This document shows, in pieces, positions 10,615 through 21,164 of a stretch of 64,000 nucleotides of DNA. Position numbers and translations under genes: made by a program. The stretch's first letter is position 1, and every line of letters starts with the position of its first letter. The notes beneath the pieces were generated by a model. The model was not told the origin of the DNA, did not search any database, and saw only the letters and a list, made by a program, of their open reading frames with translations. Origin of the DNA: Leptospiraceae bacterium (GTDB lineage Bacteria > Spirochaetota > Leptospiria > Leptospirales > Leptonemataceae); contig JAVJNR010000005.1 of NCBI GenBank assembly GCA_040217195.1, positions 288,001 through 352,000 on the forward strand, in the 5' to 3' direction.

Positions 10615-12465
10615 CTACTCCACCTGCTCGATATCTCTCACTGCACCGGTATGAGCAGAAGTGGTCAAAGCGGCATAGGCTCGCAATGCGGCGGAAACCT
10701 TACGGTCTCGATCCACCGGCTTCCAGGCAGATTTTCCTTTTGCATCCATCGCCTCTCTGCGTTTCGTCAGCTCATCTTCTGATACCTTCAGAACAATGCT
10801 TCGATTGGGAATATCGATTTCGATTGTATCGCCTTCTTCTACAAGACCAATGGCTCCGCCTGCCGCGGCTTCTGGAGAGACATGTCCGATGGAAAGACCG
10901 GATGTTCCGCCGGAGAATCGGCCGTCTGTAATCAATGCACAGTCTTTGCCCAGACCTTTGGACTTCAGATAAGACGTGGGATATAGCATTTCTTGCATAC
11001 CTGGCCCACCTTTAGGGCCTTCGTAGCGAATCACAACTACATCGCCGGCCACAATATGATTATTCAGGATCTTTATGACTGCATCTTCCTGACTTTCCAT
11101 GACTCTCGCTTTACCCGTGAATTTCAGGATCGACTCATCCACACCCGCTGTCTTTACAATGCAGCCTTCCGGAGCGATGTTTCCATACAGAACAGCCAGG
11201 CCTCCATCTTTTGAATAGGCGCTTTCCAGGTTGCGAATACAACCTTCTTTTCGATCAAGATCTAGATCCGGCCATTCTTTGTTTTGCGAAAAGGCTTCTG
11301 TAGTTGGCACGCCACCCGGACCGGCTTTATACATTTTCCGCGCAACCGAATCATCGCTCTGTCGAACAATATCCCAGCTTTCCAGAGCGTTTCCCATAGA
11401 AGGACTATGCACAGTGGGAACATCTCTTTGAATCAATCCGGCCCTATCCAGTTCGCCCAGGATCCCCATCACTCCACCGGCTCTATGTACATCCTCCATA
11501 TGATATTTCTGAGTGGACGGAGCTACTTTGCAAAGGCAGGGCACCTTACGAGAAATGGCATCTATATCGGCCATTGTGAAGTCCACGCCCGCCTCTCGCG
11601 CTGCAGCAAGGATATGAAGTACAGTATTCGTAGATCCTCCCATGGCCACATCCAGACTCATGGCATTTTGAAAGGCCTCAAACGTTGCGATGTTACGAGG
11701 CAATACAGATATATCATCCTTTTCATAGTAGCGTTTCGCAAGCTCTACCACGATGTCCCCGGCCTTTAAAAATAGATCCTTTCGCGCTGCATGGGTGGCC
11801 AGCAATGATCCGTTCCCTGGAAGCGAAAGCCCCAGTGCTTCTGTGAGACAGTTCATGGAATTCGCAGTAAACATTCCAGAACAGGAACCGCAGGTAGGAC
11901 AGGCAGATCGTTCCAGGATGGCTACTTGCTCATCGGAAATAGCCGGGTTGCCCGCCTCAACCATGGCATCAATCAAATCCAGTTTTCGCTCCTGACCTTC
12001 CCATTGAACCTTACCGGCTTCCATGGGGCCGCCTGAAACAAAAACTGTGGGAACATTCAGTCGCATGGCGGCCATCAACATGCCTGGAGTAATCTTATCG
12101 CAGTTCGAAATACATATTAGAGCATCCGCAGTATGCGCATTCACCATATACTCTACAGAGTCTGCGATCAAATCCCGGCTGGGCAGAGAATAAAGCATGC
12201 CAGAATGGCCCATGGCAATTCCATCATCCACGGCAATGGTATTGAATTCTTTGGCTACACCACCGGCCGATTCGATCTGGCGTGCAACCATCTGACCCAG
12301 GTCTTTTAGATGCACATGCCCTGGCACAAACTGAGTAAAGGAATTTGCGATCGCAACGATGGGCTTATCGAAATCGGCATCGGTCATGCCCGTGGCTCTC
12401 CATAGAGCGCGGGCCCCGGCCATGTTTCGGCCTGCCGTGGAGGTTTTTGATCTGTACTGAGGCAT
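10615..12465 (-). CDS. ilvD: Dihydroxy-acid dehydratase
   Basis: [10 protein letters not shown] start, [44 protein letters not shown]. Confidence 0.97.
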   Translation of the reverse strand: MPQYRSKTSTAGRNMAGARALWRATGMTDADFDKPIVAIANSFTQFVPGHVHLKDLGQMVARQIESAGGVAKEFNTIAVDDGIAMGHSGMLYSLPSRDLIADSVEYMVNAHTADALICISNCDKITPGMLMAAMRLNVPTVFVSGGPMEAGKVQWEGQERKLDLIDAMVEAGNPAISDEQVAILERSACPTCGSCSGMFTANSMNCLTEALGLSLPGNGSLLATHAARKDLFLKAGDIVVELAKRYYEKDDISVLPRNIATFEAFQNAMSLDVAMGGSTNTVLHILAAAREAGVDFTMADIDAISRKVPCLCKVAPSTQKYHMEDVHRAGGVMGILGELDRAGLIQRDVPTVHSPSMGNALESWDIVRQSDDSVARKMYKAGPGGVPTTEAFSQNKEWPDLDLDRKEGCIRNLESAYSKDGGLAVLYGNIAPEGCIVKTAGVDESILKFTGKARVMESQEDAVIKILNNHIVAGDVVVIRYEGPKGGPGMQEMLYPTSYLKSKGLGKDCALITDGRFSGGTSGLSIGHVSPEAAAGGAIGLVEEGDTIEIDIPNRSIVLKVSEDELTKRREAMDAKGKSAWKPVDRDRKVSAALRAYAALTTSAHTGAVRDIEQVE

Positions 12466-12831
12466 ATCAATCCAGTCCCGGTTCTGGGTTTTGCGGTCGA
12501 CTAAAAAAGCCCCATTGGACGGCCATTCAGGCCCTGAAGAAATAACTGAAATCCGTATACCATCCACGGCAGATAGGTGCCCAATCCTACTACCGCCTCC
12601 CCCATTCAATTCGATTGCAGCGGATTCCGTGGAGAGGTGGTAGACGAATGGACAGCAATCAATCGGGATTTCCTGAATCGTTTGTCCGGTGTATGCACGA
12701 AAAGAGTTGTGCCTTTATTGTAGAATCTGCATCAAAAGTCAGGGATACTAACTGGCAGAGGGAACCTGTAGACAATCCTCTGGTAATTGAACCTCATCAG
12801 TACAACAATTTGTGTGCTACCATCAATCCAT

Positions 12832-13614
12832 ATGCAACATCAAAAGAGACAGGCACCCGAAGTAATATTTATTTCGATTCTACTCTGTGGCTTGCTCTCA
12901 CATCCGGTGCAATCCGAAAACCGGGATCTTCCTTTCCTGACTGAAGTTGATCCGGCTGAGAATCCGGTATCTGACACAGAGGAGCCAGAAATTCGCACCA
13001 TCGTTCTAAAACAATCATCCCCGGCCGGAACCTATGACATCGAGCTATCGGTTCCGGAAAATCGGACAGCCAGGGACCATCCAAACACTTCCCATCTCTG
13101 TAGAAACGGATATCAAAACTTTGACTGCCGTCTGGATGTAAAACGAGGCTCAGAATCTATTTATTTTGGCCAATCTTCCTGGCCTTTTCGCTGGCTCAGC
13201 GATTCAGTTCTACTTCTGGAGCAGGCCATGGGAGAATGCGGCTGGTCCGAACGTCAGGTTACAGAATTAGATCTTGCCACAGAGAATCCGAAACCCAGAA
13301 AGCTCTGGTCTGTGGAAACCAGCTCTCCATGCGAAGCTTATCGGGAGGAAGGTCAAAAACTGGATCCGCGAACTATTGTGACCATCTGTCATCGCGAAGA
13401 TTGCTATAGTTTTGTCACAGATCCAGAGAATAAAACCATTGATTTGTATTTAGCCCCGGAGTATGGCAGGCAAGGTAAGAGGATCCAGGGTCTGGAATAC
13501 GGAAGCAAGATTGAACCAGAGTTTCACTCAGAGTATGCAATAGTAATTGTGAACGCGAAAAGATTCCGAGTCACCCAGGATGGACTGGTAGAATTTAGAG
13601 CAGAAAACCCATAA
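12832..13614 (+). CDS. Hypothetical exported protein
   Basis: Long ORF with a hydrophobic N-terminal signal-like segment and several Cys. Confidence 0.55.
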   Translation: MQHQKRQAPEVIFISILLCGLLSHPVQSENRDLPFLTEVDPAENPVSDTEEPEIRTIVLKQSSPAGTYDIELSVPENRTARDHPNTSHLCRNGYQNFDCRLDVKRGSESIYFGQSSWPFRWLSDSVLLLEQAMGECGWSERQVTELDLATENPKPRKLWSVETSSPCEAYREEGQKLDPRTIVTICHREDCYSFVTDPENKTIDLYLAPEYGRQGKRIQGLEYGSKIEPEFHSEYAIVIVNAKRFRVTQDGLVEFRAENP

Positions 13615-13661
13615 TAAAGACTAATTGCGAAAGCTGGTAGGGACGGCAGATAGTCTGACGT

Positions 13662-14087
13662 TCAAGAATTGGCTCTGAGATCTTTACTGTAGCTGGCTCT
13701 TGCTATAAATTCGTTTCCCGAGAATCCAGGCAGCCACAGCGGTGCCCGGGAATCTCCCTGGCTTGATTTTCTTATTCGATAATCATTTCGGGATTCAGGA
13801 CCTTCAGTTTCATGATATCCGTATCCGGTAGATTGTTTCCTTTGATTCGAATGCTTTCCAGCTTCCGCAACTTGAACACATCCGGCGGTAGTTCTGAAAG
13901 CTGGTTCCATGAATAGTTCCTCCAGTGTTTCGAGCTCGATGAATTCTCGACGGAGACTCAGTAATTTCCTATCTGTGAGGTCCAGATTCTTGATTCCGCC
14001 ACCTTCCAGGTCGCCGTCAAATAGTATAGAGGCATCAAAGCCAATGAGTCCCAGCGGATCATATTGCTTTAGATTAAATTGTTCCAT
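13662..14087 (-). CDS. Hypothetical protein
   Basis: ORF starts 12 bp after the ycaQ stop on the same strand; no motif recognised. Confidence 0.35.
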   Translation of the reverse strand: MEQFNLKQYDPLGLIGFDASILFDGDLEGGGIKNLDLTDRKLLSLRREFIELETLEELFMEPAFRTTAGCVQVAEAGKHSNQRKQSTGYGYHETEGPESRNDYRIRKSSQGDSRAPLWLPGFSGNEFIARASYSKDLRANS

Positions 14088-14099
14088 ACAGCACCGGTA

Positions 14100-15290
14100 T
14101 CAAGATTCGCCTAACCTGGATAACTCGCGAATCATCATTTTCTGCAGACTTACCGGTTGGGCCCCGGAAATTATTATTCGATCACATTCATTGAACTCTG
14201 CAAAGCACTTGAGCTCCGTAACGAATTCAGTGGTAAACTCCTGCCGATTAACATTACTGGTTTCCAGGTAAAGATTGATTAATTCGAACACCCTGTTTCT
14301 TCGGTGCGCTTTACAGTCGGCCCTTCCAACAATTTCACCCCGGTGGAGAATGGGTAAACAGAAATAACCGTACCGCCGTTTCTCTTTGGGGACATAGCAT
14401 TCAATTCGGTAGTCGAATCCAAAAATCTGCGATAACCTTTCGCGGTGGATTACCAGATTGTCAAATGGAGATAGAATTCGAACTCCCTCTTGCCTGGCCA
14501 TCTTTCTGGAATGAAGAGATTTGGTAAGTGCAAACACCGCAGGAATACCATTTTCTTCTACTTTGATGACGGAGCCTTCTTCTATTCTTTGTTCCAGGAT
14601 TTTTGATAGATTCGATCGGATCTCCTTTCCTTTTCGCAGATGAGTCAATTGAGCCATTGTAGTGAAACCATGCGCCTTCAGGGTAGAATCTACCAGAAAT
14701 TCACAGAACTCGTCGGCGGTAGGAGGTTTCGTTTTTATTTCCGAAGGAAGTACTCTTTCAGTCAGATCGTAAACCTTTTGCATATTGTTCCTTGCGGAGA
14801 TCATTAAATCACCTTGAAAGAATAGCTTTTCCAGGGCCTGGCTACTGTGTTTCTTATTTCCCCAGGCGGAGGAAATTCTGGCCGAATCAAAATCCCTGGA
14901 TTGTAGTGGTCCTTCCGCTCGAATTCTTTCCAGGACATGCTTTTCAAGTTTTTTACTAACCGCCGAAAAGTGTTTCATTGCACCTGGCCATACGCTGAGC
15001 AATAGAGGAATGCGAAATCGGTAATCTTCTATGGGTAAATACGATGCTGCATGATACCAGAACTCAAAAATGCGGCGCTCTTTAAGAGCCTTGTCCAGGT
15101 ACTCTGTTCGATACTCTGGAATTCGATTCCATAAAGTATGGTGGTGAGCCCGACTCACAACAGAAATTGTATCGATTTGAAGGTACCCGAGGCTCTTTAC
15201 AACTTGTGCAACATTGGGCTTTCGTCCAGTGGACGCGGCGTCCGTCAGGCCCTGGTGGTGCAATGCGATCTGTTTGAGTTTCTCCTTCAC
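14100..15290 (-). CDS. ycaQ: YcaQ/AlkZ-family winged-helix DNA glycosylase (interstrand crosslink repair)
   Basis: LQIDTISVVSRAH (QxD motif), ILSPFDNLV, FDYRIECYVPKEKRRYGYF. Confidence 0.85.
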   Translation of the reverse strand: MKEKLKQIALHHQGLTDAASTGRKPNVAQVVKSLGYLQIDTISVVSRAHHHTLWNRIPEYRTEYLDKALKERRIFEFWYHAASYLPIEDYRFRIPLLLSVWPGAMKHFSAVSKKLEKHVLERIRAEGPLQSRDFDSARISSAWGNKKHSSQALEKLFFQGDLMISARNNMQKVYDLTERVLPSEIKTKPPTADEFCEFLVDSTLKAHGFTTMAQLTHLRKGKEIRSNLSKILEQRIEEGSVIKVEENGIPAVFALTKSLHSRKMARQEGVRILSPFDNLVIHRERLSQIFGFDYRIECYVPKEKRRYGYFCLPILHRGEIVGRADCKAHRRNRVFELINLYLETSNVNRQEFTTEFVTELKCFAEFNECDRIIISGAQPVSLQKMMIRELSRLGES

Positions 15291-15806
15291 AAATTACATA
15301 CCAGATTCAAGGCTTCAGCAAGACCGCCAATAAAAAATGCGGATCCCAGCATGCCTTCCCATTGCCGGCCAAGGACATCTATGCAAACAACCTTAAAATA
15401 GGGAGTGGGAATGATCTAGAATTTCGTCCGGAGTTTCTTATTGTAGACGAGAATTAGAAAAGATTCCGGCGGGTCGAGCATAGATTGCTACGTATAAAAG
15501 ATGCGCAACCATTGAATTATCTGGACTCGGAAGCAAATTCAGGACTGGCAATAAACCAGCAAAGTCAGGAAATTCACAGTCCATGGGGGCCGGTTCGAAG
15601 ACTCACGTTGCGGGTGCTTACTTTATCGGAAAACCGAATATCGCCTAATCTTCTGAATAATTTCCCCCAATCTATCTCGATGGCAGAATAATGTTGTATT
15701 CAGGAAATAGCTCCTCGCGTCGCCGGATCATGCGCGAATACAAATTCTCAGCTCCAAACTGAGCTATTCCTTGTTGAAAATATCCGATAAAACGGTGCTA
15801 GTGACT

Positions 15807-16025
15807 CTAACGTGGCACGCCAAACGTCTTGGCCACGAAACCACAGCTCTTGCACATGATCAAAAGCAAATTCCCGGAAGGAGAATAGGATGTCATTCCC
15901 AGGGTTGTGCCTTTCTTTTTCACGATCCCCTCCTTCTCATACATATACGCAATCCCCATTTCCTTATTGCCGCATTCTGAGCATTCGGTCCTATTTTTTA
16001 CATCTTCATAAAACGATTCTTCCAT
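15807..16025 (-). CDS. Small putative zinc-ribbon protein
   Basis: Two CxxCG pairs (CSECG, CKSCG); ATG start. Confidence 0.55.
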   Translation of the reverse strand: MEESFYEDVKNRTECSECGNKEMGIAYMYEKEGIVKKKGTTLGMTSYSPSGNLLLIMCKSCGFVAKTFGVPR

Positions 16026-16212
16026 AGTCCGCCATTGTATCCAGATCGATCAATAGGCAAGAAGTAAATCCATGGCATCGCTGAATCCAATGAATATAAC
16101 GTTCATTAATGGATTTCAGGATTCATTCGCAGAATTCTGGGCCAGGCCTCAAGCCTGCATTCAGATATTCTGCAATTCTGGCGAGCCAGTAAAGTATGAC
16201 TGCCGGCCCACA

Positions 16213-16827
16213 CTACTGACTCATGGTTTCGGATTCCGCCCCGATGTGCACTCCTTCTGCAGAAACTTTGATCTGAACGCTTTTAACTGTTAGACCACGT
16301 TTCACTAACGTTGTGAGCCTACCCGAAAGGAAACGATAGATAAGCCAGGCGATCCTTGAGTTTGCCTGCCCAATCGCTGAAGAAGGAGACTCGAGCTGCC
16401 ATCTGGTAATTTTTCCCCATTGAGTATCATAGATTCTGCGGTTGGCATTCTTGCAGAAAATCTCCAGTTCATTGCGAAGCAAGGTCCTGTCTTGAACTGA
16501 ACCAGGGCCCAAAACCTCAATACTACAGGCATGCCACACCTCGGATCCAATACCTTTTCGTTCAAAGACAGCAAGATCGCCATTCACCGTAAACGGTAGA
16601 TTCCCTGGCCACCGATTAAAGCTAGTGAATGCAGTAGCCGCGTAGATCAAGAAAATAGGTCCATAGAGGATCAATGGTAGAAAGACAAGCGCCCAGAACG
16701 GATGGACTTCAACACAAACTAACAATGCCAGGGCCAGACCAAGGGAGGTTGTCAGTACGAAAACCGAAACCAATCCGCCGGTGGACAGCCCTGTCATTAA
16801 ACGAAGCATTATGAAAAATCGATTCAT
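16213..16827 (-). CDS. Hypothetical membrane protein
   Basis: Two N-terminal hydrophobic helices followed by a soluble domain. Confidence 0.55.
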   Translation of the reverse strand: MNRFFIMLRLMTGLSTGGLVSVFVLTTSLGLALALLVCVEVHPFWALVFLPLILYGPIFLIYAATAFTSFNRWPGNLPFTVNGDLAVFERKGIGSEVWHACSIEVLGPGSVQDRTLLRNELEIFCKNANRRIYDTQWGKITRWQLESPSSAIGQANSRIAWLIYRFLSGRLTTLVKRGLTVKSVQIKVSAEGVHIGAESETMSQ

Positions 16828-17132
16828 AGATATATTCCGGGTACCGGGAACTACCCAAATTGACGCACTCTTATAATGCAAACGGTACAAATAACAAAAT
16901 CAAATTCTATCTTACCGACATTTCTCAGCTACCCGACAAATAGCGGAATGTGATCAAAAAACCGAAGTAGTTTCGAATCCCTCGGGTTCTCAGAAGAATT
17001 CAGGTTTCATTCTTTCGAAGTCGACCTGCAGACTATACGCTTTCAGGATACACTTTATGTAACGTTCTATACTGGCGCGGACCAAACAAAAATGGAGCTA
17101 GATTTGTTCACGATTTGTAGTCTAAGATTACT

Positions 17133-17384
17133 ATGATCGCAGTACCTGATCCCAAATATGGCCTAATCGTTTTCGATAACAACGTCCTGGAAGTCTTCGA
17201 AAGCAACGGTAGCAGCAAGAGATTCCACCGGGTCTTGATAAACAGCATTGAGCTAAACGAGAAAAAACACTTCATAGAGATCAAATATTCGGATGTAAAC
17301 CTATCCCAGCGGATTCCTTTCAAACCGGATGCCATTGACCAGGCTCAAGCACTGGTCAATACCGTAGAATCTTCCGGTCAGTAG
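17133..17384 (+). CDS. Small hypothetical protein
   Basis: 83-aa ORF with globular-looking composition; no motif recognised. Confidence 0.45.
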   Translation: MIAVPDPKYGLIVFDNNVLEVFESNGSSKRFHRVLINSIELNEKKHFIEIKYSDVNLSQRIPFKPDAIDQAQALVNTVESSGQ

Positions 17385-17401
17385 CAGCAAGGACACTGCG
17401 C

Positions 17402-17728
17402 TCAGCCGCTGGATCTCTTTCGAATTGCCACAATGGCCCAGACTATCACAAAAATGATTAGTCCGTAAAAAGTGCCTGCCACCAGTGCAATCCAGAATTT
17501 GTTGATGGGTCGTGGCTGCCCCGAAGGATCCACGCATAAGTAGGTAGCCTGGATGTAGGTTCTACCAGGAAGCGGATTTGTAACGCTTTGAGACCAGGAC
17601 ATTTCTCCATCAGGGCAAACCAGAGGCCCTGCTACAAAGTTGATGGGTGGATAGGCTGCACCCAACCCCAGTGATATTGCAGTGACACCCAAAAAGATAC
17701 TGAACACCAGTCCGATTCGTATAATCAT
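17402..17728 (-). CDS. Small two-TM membrane protein with a Cys pair in the loop
   Basis: Hydrophobic N and C termini, PLVCPDG and YLCVD; GAGG RBS before ATG 17728. Confidence 0.6.
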   Translation of the reverse strand: MIIRIGLVFSIFLGVTAISLGLGAAYPPINFVAGPLVCPDGEMSWSQSVTNPLPGRTYIQATYLCVDPSGQPRPINKFWIALVAGTFYGLIIFVIVWAIVAIRKRSSG

Positions 17729-17939
17729 ATGCAACCTCGTTGGCCGGCTCCAAAGCCAACCCTGAAATTCAATGCACTTAAGAAAGCTCCAGGCGGGTAG
17801 CGAAGCATACTTTTTTTTACCCGGTGCACTTGATAATGTCGAAAATCGGTCATCGACTCCGACCCTCTATTATCGGGCACATTTCTTGAGGGAGGATGTA
17901 TGAAATTGAGATTCCATTTCCAGGTAAGGAGGCCAAGCC

Positions 17940-18374
17940 ATGAATTTAGAGCGTATGGATAACGTAGGAATCGTAGTAAGGGACCTTTCCCGGGCGGTAG
18001 AATTCTTTGTTGCGCTGGGTATGGAGCTACAGGGACAGATGCCTGTGATGGGTCAATGGGTTGACCAGGTCATTGGACTGAAAGACTCGGAGATTCAAAT
18101 TGCGATGCTAAGAGTGCCGGGTGAGACAACCGGTATTGAGCTAATGAAATTCCAGAATCCGCCGGCGAAGTCCACGGATTCAGATGCTCCACCAAACACC
18201 GCTGGAATACGACGCATAATGTTTGCCGTGGAAGACATTGAAGCCACAATTGAAAGCCTGGAGCAGCTGGGCGGTCGGCTCATAGGTGAACTGGTTCAAT
18301 ATGAAAATAGTTATAAACTCTGCTACATTCGAGGTCCGGAAGGTATGATGATCGCGCTTGCAGAGGAACTATGA
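17940..18374 (+). CDS. VOC family (glyoxalase/bleomycin resistance) protein
   Basis: RMDNVGIVV, IELMKF, RIMFAVEDI, LCYIRGPEG; AAGGAGG RBS. Confidence 0.9.
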   Translation: MNLERMDNVGIVVRDLSRAVEFFVALGMELQGQMPVMGQWVDQVIGLKDSEIQIAMLRVPGETTGIELMKFQNPPAKSTDSDAPPNTAGIRRIMFAVEDIEATIESLEQLGGRLIGELVQYENSYKLCYIRGPEGMMIALAEEL

Positions 18375-18498
18375 AGGTCATTTCGCATTACAGGTGTATA
18401 AGAAGAAATCCGTGCTCAAAGGGCCTGGAGAGTAAAGACTGGCCTAATCCAGTGTAGATATAGGCCAAAATAATTCTATTAAATGCGAGGAACAGATT

Positions 18499-18894
18499 AT
18501 GAAATACTTATTAATGATGCAATTTCCCTGGGGCGAATGGCAGACCAACTTTATCGGAAACTGGCCTTCCCAGGATGTAAATGCGCATATGGATTTTCTC
18601 AGAGAATTCAATAGAAAGTTAGAAGAGAACGGTGAACTGGTAGATATTCAGGCCCTGGTGGGTCCGGAAGATGCGAAGATTGTCCATGCTCAACCGGACG
18701 GCAAACCCACAATAACGGATGGTCCATTCCCGGAGGCCAAAGAATTCCTGGCCGGCTTCTGGGTCATCGATGTGGAGTCAGAAGAAAGGGCACTGGAATT
18801 GGCAGGGCTTGCCTCCGCTGCTCCAGGCCCCGGTGGCAAGCCGCTCAATATGCCCATCCAGGTAAGACAGGTAATGCGGGGTCCGGAGCCCTGA
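18499..18894 (+). CDS. YciI/DGPF family protein
   Basis: MKYLLM start; TDGPFPEAKEFLAGFWVIDV signature. Confidence 0.9.
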   Translation: MKYLLMMQFPWGEWQTNFIGNWPSQDVNAHMDFLREFNRKLEENGELVDIQALVGPEDAKIVHAQPDGKPTITDGPFPEAKEFLAGFWVIDVESEERALELAGLASAAPGPGGKPLNMPIQVRQVMRGPEP

Positions 18895-20120
18895 GCAACC
18901 AGAGCATAGACTTCCAATCTGTATTTAAGGAATTGGCTCCCCGGGTAATGGGAGTACTGGTACGAAAATACGGTGACTTCGCCGATGCAGAGGATTCGGT
19001 GCAGGATGCACTTATTGCAGCATCATATCAATGGATCCGAGATGGCTGGCCGGAAAACCCGTACGGATGGTTGCTTACAGTAGCTTCCCGAAAAATGATT
19101 GATCGGGTGCGAAGCGATGTTGCACGCAAGCGTCGAGAGATTTCGGCAGTAGTAGAACTCGAAGAGCCGGAGTCGAAGGATTCACTGGACCTGCTATTAA
19201 TGTGCTGCCATCCGGCGATTAGCCAATCTTCGGCGATTGCATTAACGCTTCGTGCAGTTGCTGGATTGAGTACAGAACAAATTGCACGGGCATTTCTGGT
19301 GCCCGGCAAGACCATGTCACAAAGAATTAGCCGGGCAAAACGAACCATCAAGGAATCAGGATTGGAACTTCAGGTGCCGCAGAAGGCCCAAAGAAAAGAA
19401 AGGCTGGCCGCTGCCATGCATGTTCTCTATTTAATGTTCAACGAGGGCTATCTTAGCAGTAATGGGGCCTCCTTACAGCGACCGGATCTGGCCGACGAGG
19501 CGATCAGCATCATGCGAAAACTGCATGAACTGGAACCGGGCCATCCGGAGGTAAAAGGGCTGCTGGCGCTTATGTTGCTTTCCCATTCAAGAAGGTTTGC
19601 TCGCGCCGGCGGGAGAGGAGAACTGATACCCCTAAATGAACAAAATAGAGCCCTCTGGGATCAAGAAAACATCCTGGAGGGTGCAACATTGCTCAAGGAA
19701 GCGCTCATTAAGGGCTACGTCGGTTCCTACCAGATTCAGGCTGCCATCCATGCTTTGCATAGTGAAGCAAAAGACACCGACACAACAGACTGGACTCAGA
19801 TCCTGGGATTGTATAGAATGCTAATGAAAATGGAGAATAATCCAATGGTTTCTCTGAATGCGGCCATCGCTCAGGCTATGGTAGAGGGGCCCAGTTCTGG
19901 TCTTGCAACTCTGCGCGAAATTGGCAATCATCCCTCCATGAAAAGCCATTACAGGTTTTTCGCGGTTCGCGGTCATCTGCACGAAATGACCGGTGAATAC
20001 CAGAAGGCAATACACGACTTTCTGGCAGCGGCTCGAAGGACTGATTCCCTTCCTGAGAGGAACTATCTAAATCGTAAGTCAGCCAGATTAAATGAGCAAA
20101 GCCGACCGGGAACCACTTAG
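18891..20120 (+). CDS. ECF42-type sigma factor with C-terminal TPR-like (DUF6596) extension
   Basis: DAEDSVQDA, LLMCCHPA, IARAFLV, VLYLMFNEGY, YQIQAAI; follows the DGPF gene; start uncertain (CTG 18891 or TTG 18933). Confidence 0.85.
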   Translation: MSNQSIDFQSVFKELAPRVMGVLVRKYGDFADAEDSVQDALIAASYQWIRDGWPENPYGWLLTVASRKMIDRVRSDVARKRREISAVVELEEPESKDSLDLLLMCCHPAISQSSAIALTLRAVAGLSTEQIARAFLVPGKTMSQRISRAKRTIKESGLELQVPQKAQRKERLAAAMHVLYLMFNEGYLSSNGASLQRPDLADEAISIMRKLHELEPGHPEVKGLLALMLLSHSRRFARAGGRGELIPLNEQNRALWDQENILEGATLLKEALIKGYVGSYQIQAAIHALHSEAKDTDTTDWTQILGLYRMLMKMENNPMVSLNAAIAQAMVEGPSSGLATLREIGNHPSMKSHYRFFAVRGHLHEMTGEYQKAIHDFLAAARRTDSLPERNYLNRKSARLNEQSRPGTT

Positions 20121-20295
20121 CCCATCTACACAGGGGGATGGGTCCGCCCGGAGTAGATGCCAATCGAATGAGTCTATTCCGATGCTTGATTGAGCACTCA
20201 GGCAAGCTTATCTTTTTTCTGCGCTCTAGCAAGTCAGTGAGTTAACGGTTCTCTTACTTCGCCTTGTCTTCCTTCGGTGCCTATGGAAGCTTTTC

Positions 20296-20937
20296 TCACT
20301 GGCAAATCAATTCCAGGAGCTTCTCTCCATTGAGCAATCCAACTAGCCGATCGCCGGAATATACCGGCCCCACTCCTGCAGGCGTACCGGTAAAGATCAG
20401 ATCCCCTGTTCGCAGGGAAAAGTATCGCAGAGTATGATGCAATATAGAAGAGAAATCAAAGAGCATGTCCCGGCAATGTCCTTGTTGCCGCACCTGATCA
20501 TTGATTTTCAATACCATCGAAAGATCAGTCAGATCCGAGGGAACAGGCTTCCATTGACCTATTACAGCCGAGTTATCAAAGGCCTTTGCTTTTTCCCAGG
20601 GAAGTCCCTTAGATTTCAATTCCTTTTGCAAATCTCTGGCAGTAAGATCAATCCCCACAGTTATCGCATCAATACGATAAAGAAGCTTCGTTTCATTTGC
20701 CGGATCGTACTCATCTGCACTAGAAGTGCCGGCTATCATCTTTATATCTGAAGCCACTCGCAACACAATTTCAATCTCATGATGAATCTCAGCGCTGAAG
20801 TCTGGTAAAGGCAGCGAATTTCCCGGCAGAAGAAGAGCTGTCTCTGGCTTCATGAAAATTACAGGCTCCTCTGGTATCGCATTGTTCAGCTCCAGAGCAT
20901 GATCACGATAATTTCTGCCTATGCAGATGATTTTCAT
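20296..20937 (-). CDS. Fumarylacetoacetate hydrolase family protein
   Basis: KIICIGRNY, HHEIE, GIDLTARD, WEKAKAFD, GDLIFTGTPAGVG. Confidence 0.92.
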   Translation of the reverse strand: MKIICIGRNYRDHALELNNAIPEEPVIFMKPETALLLPGNSLPLPDFSAEIHHEIEIVLRVASDIKMIAGTSSADEYDPANETKLLYRIDAITVGIDLTARDLQKELKSKGLPWEKAKAFDNSAVIGQWKPVPSDLTDLSMVLKINDQVRQQGHCRDMLFDFSSILHHTLRYFSLRTGDLIFTGTPAGVGPVYSGDRLVGLLNGEKLLELICQ

Positions 20938-21164
20938 AAAGCAAGCTCCGTTTTCTGGTTCTTCGCCTGCGAATCGGAATGGGACCCAGGCCGCAGAGTG
21001 AATATAGCGAATAGTACCATGATGGGAAATCCAGGGCAGCCTGTTTCGGCCAGGTCTAAGTCTAGCTGCATGTCATACCCGCCTGGGATCTGGTATCTTT
21101 GTATCTATTTAGCCGTTTGGAATCCCTCATCGCTGCAATCAAAGTCCTAGAGAACTTAATCTGC

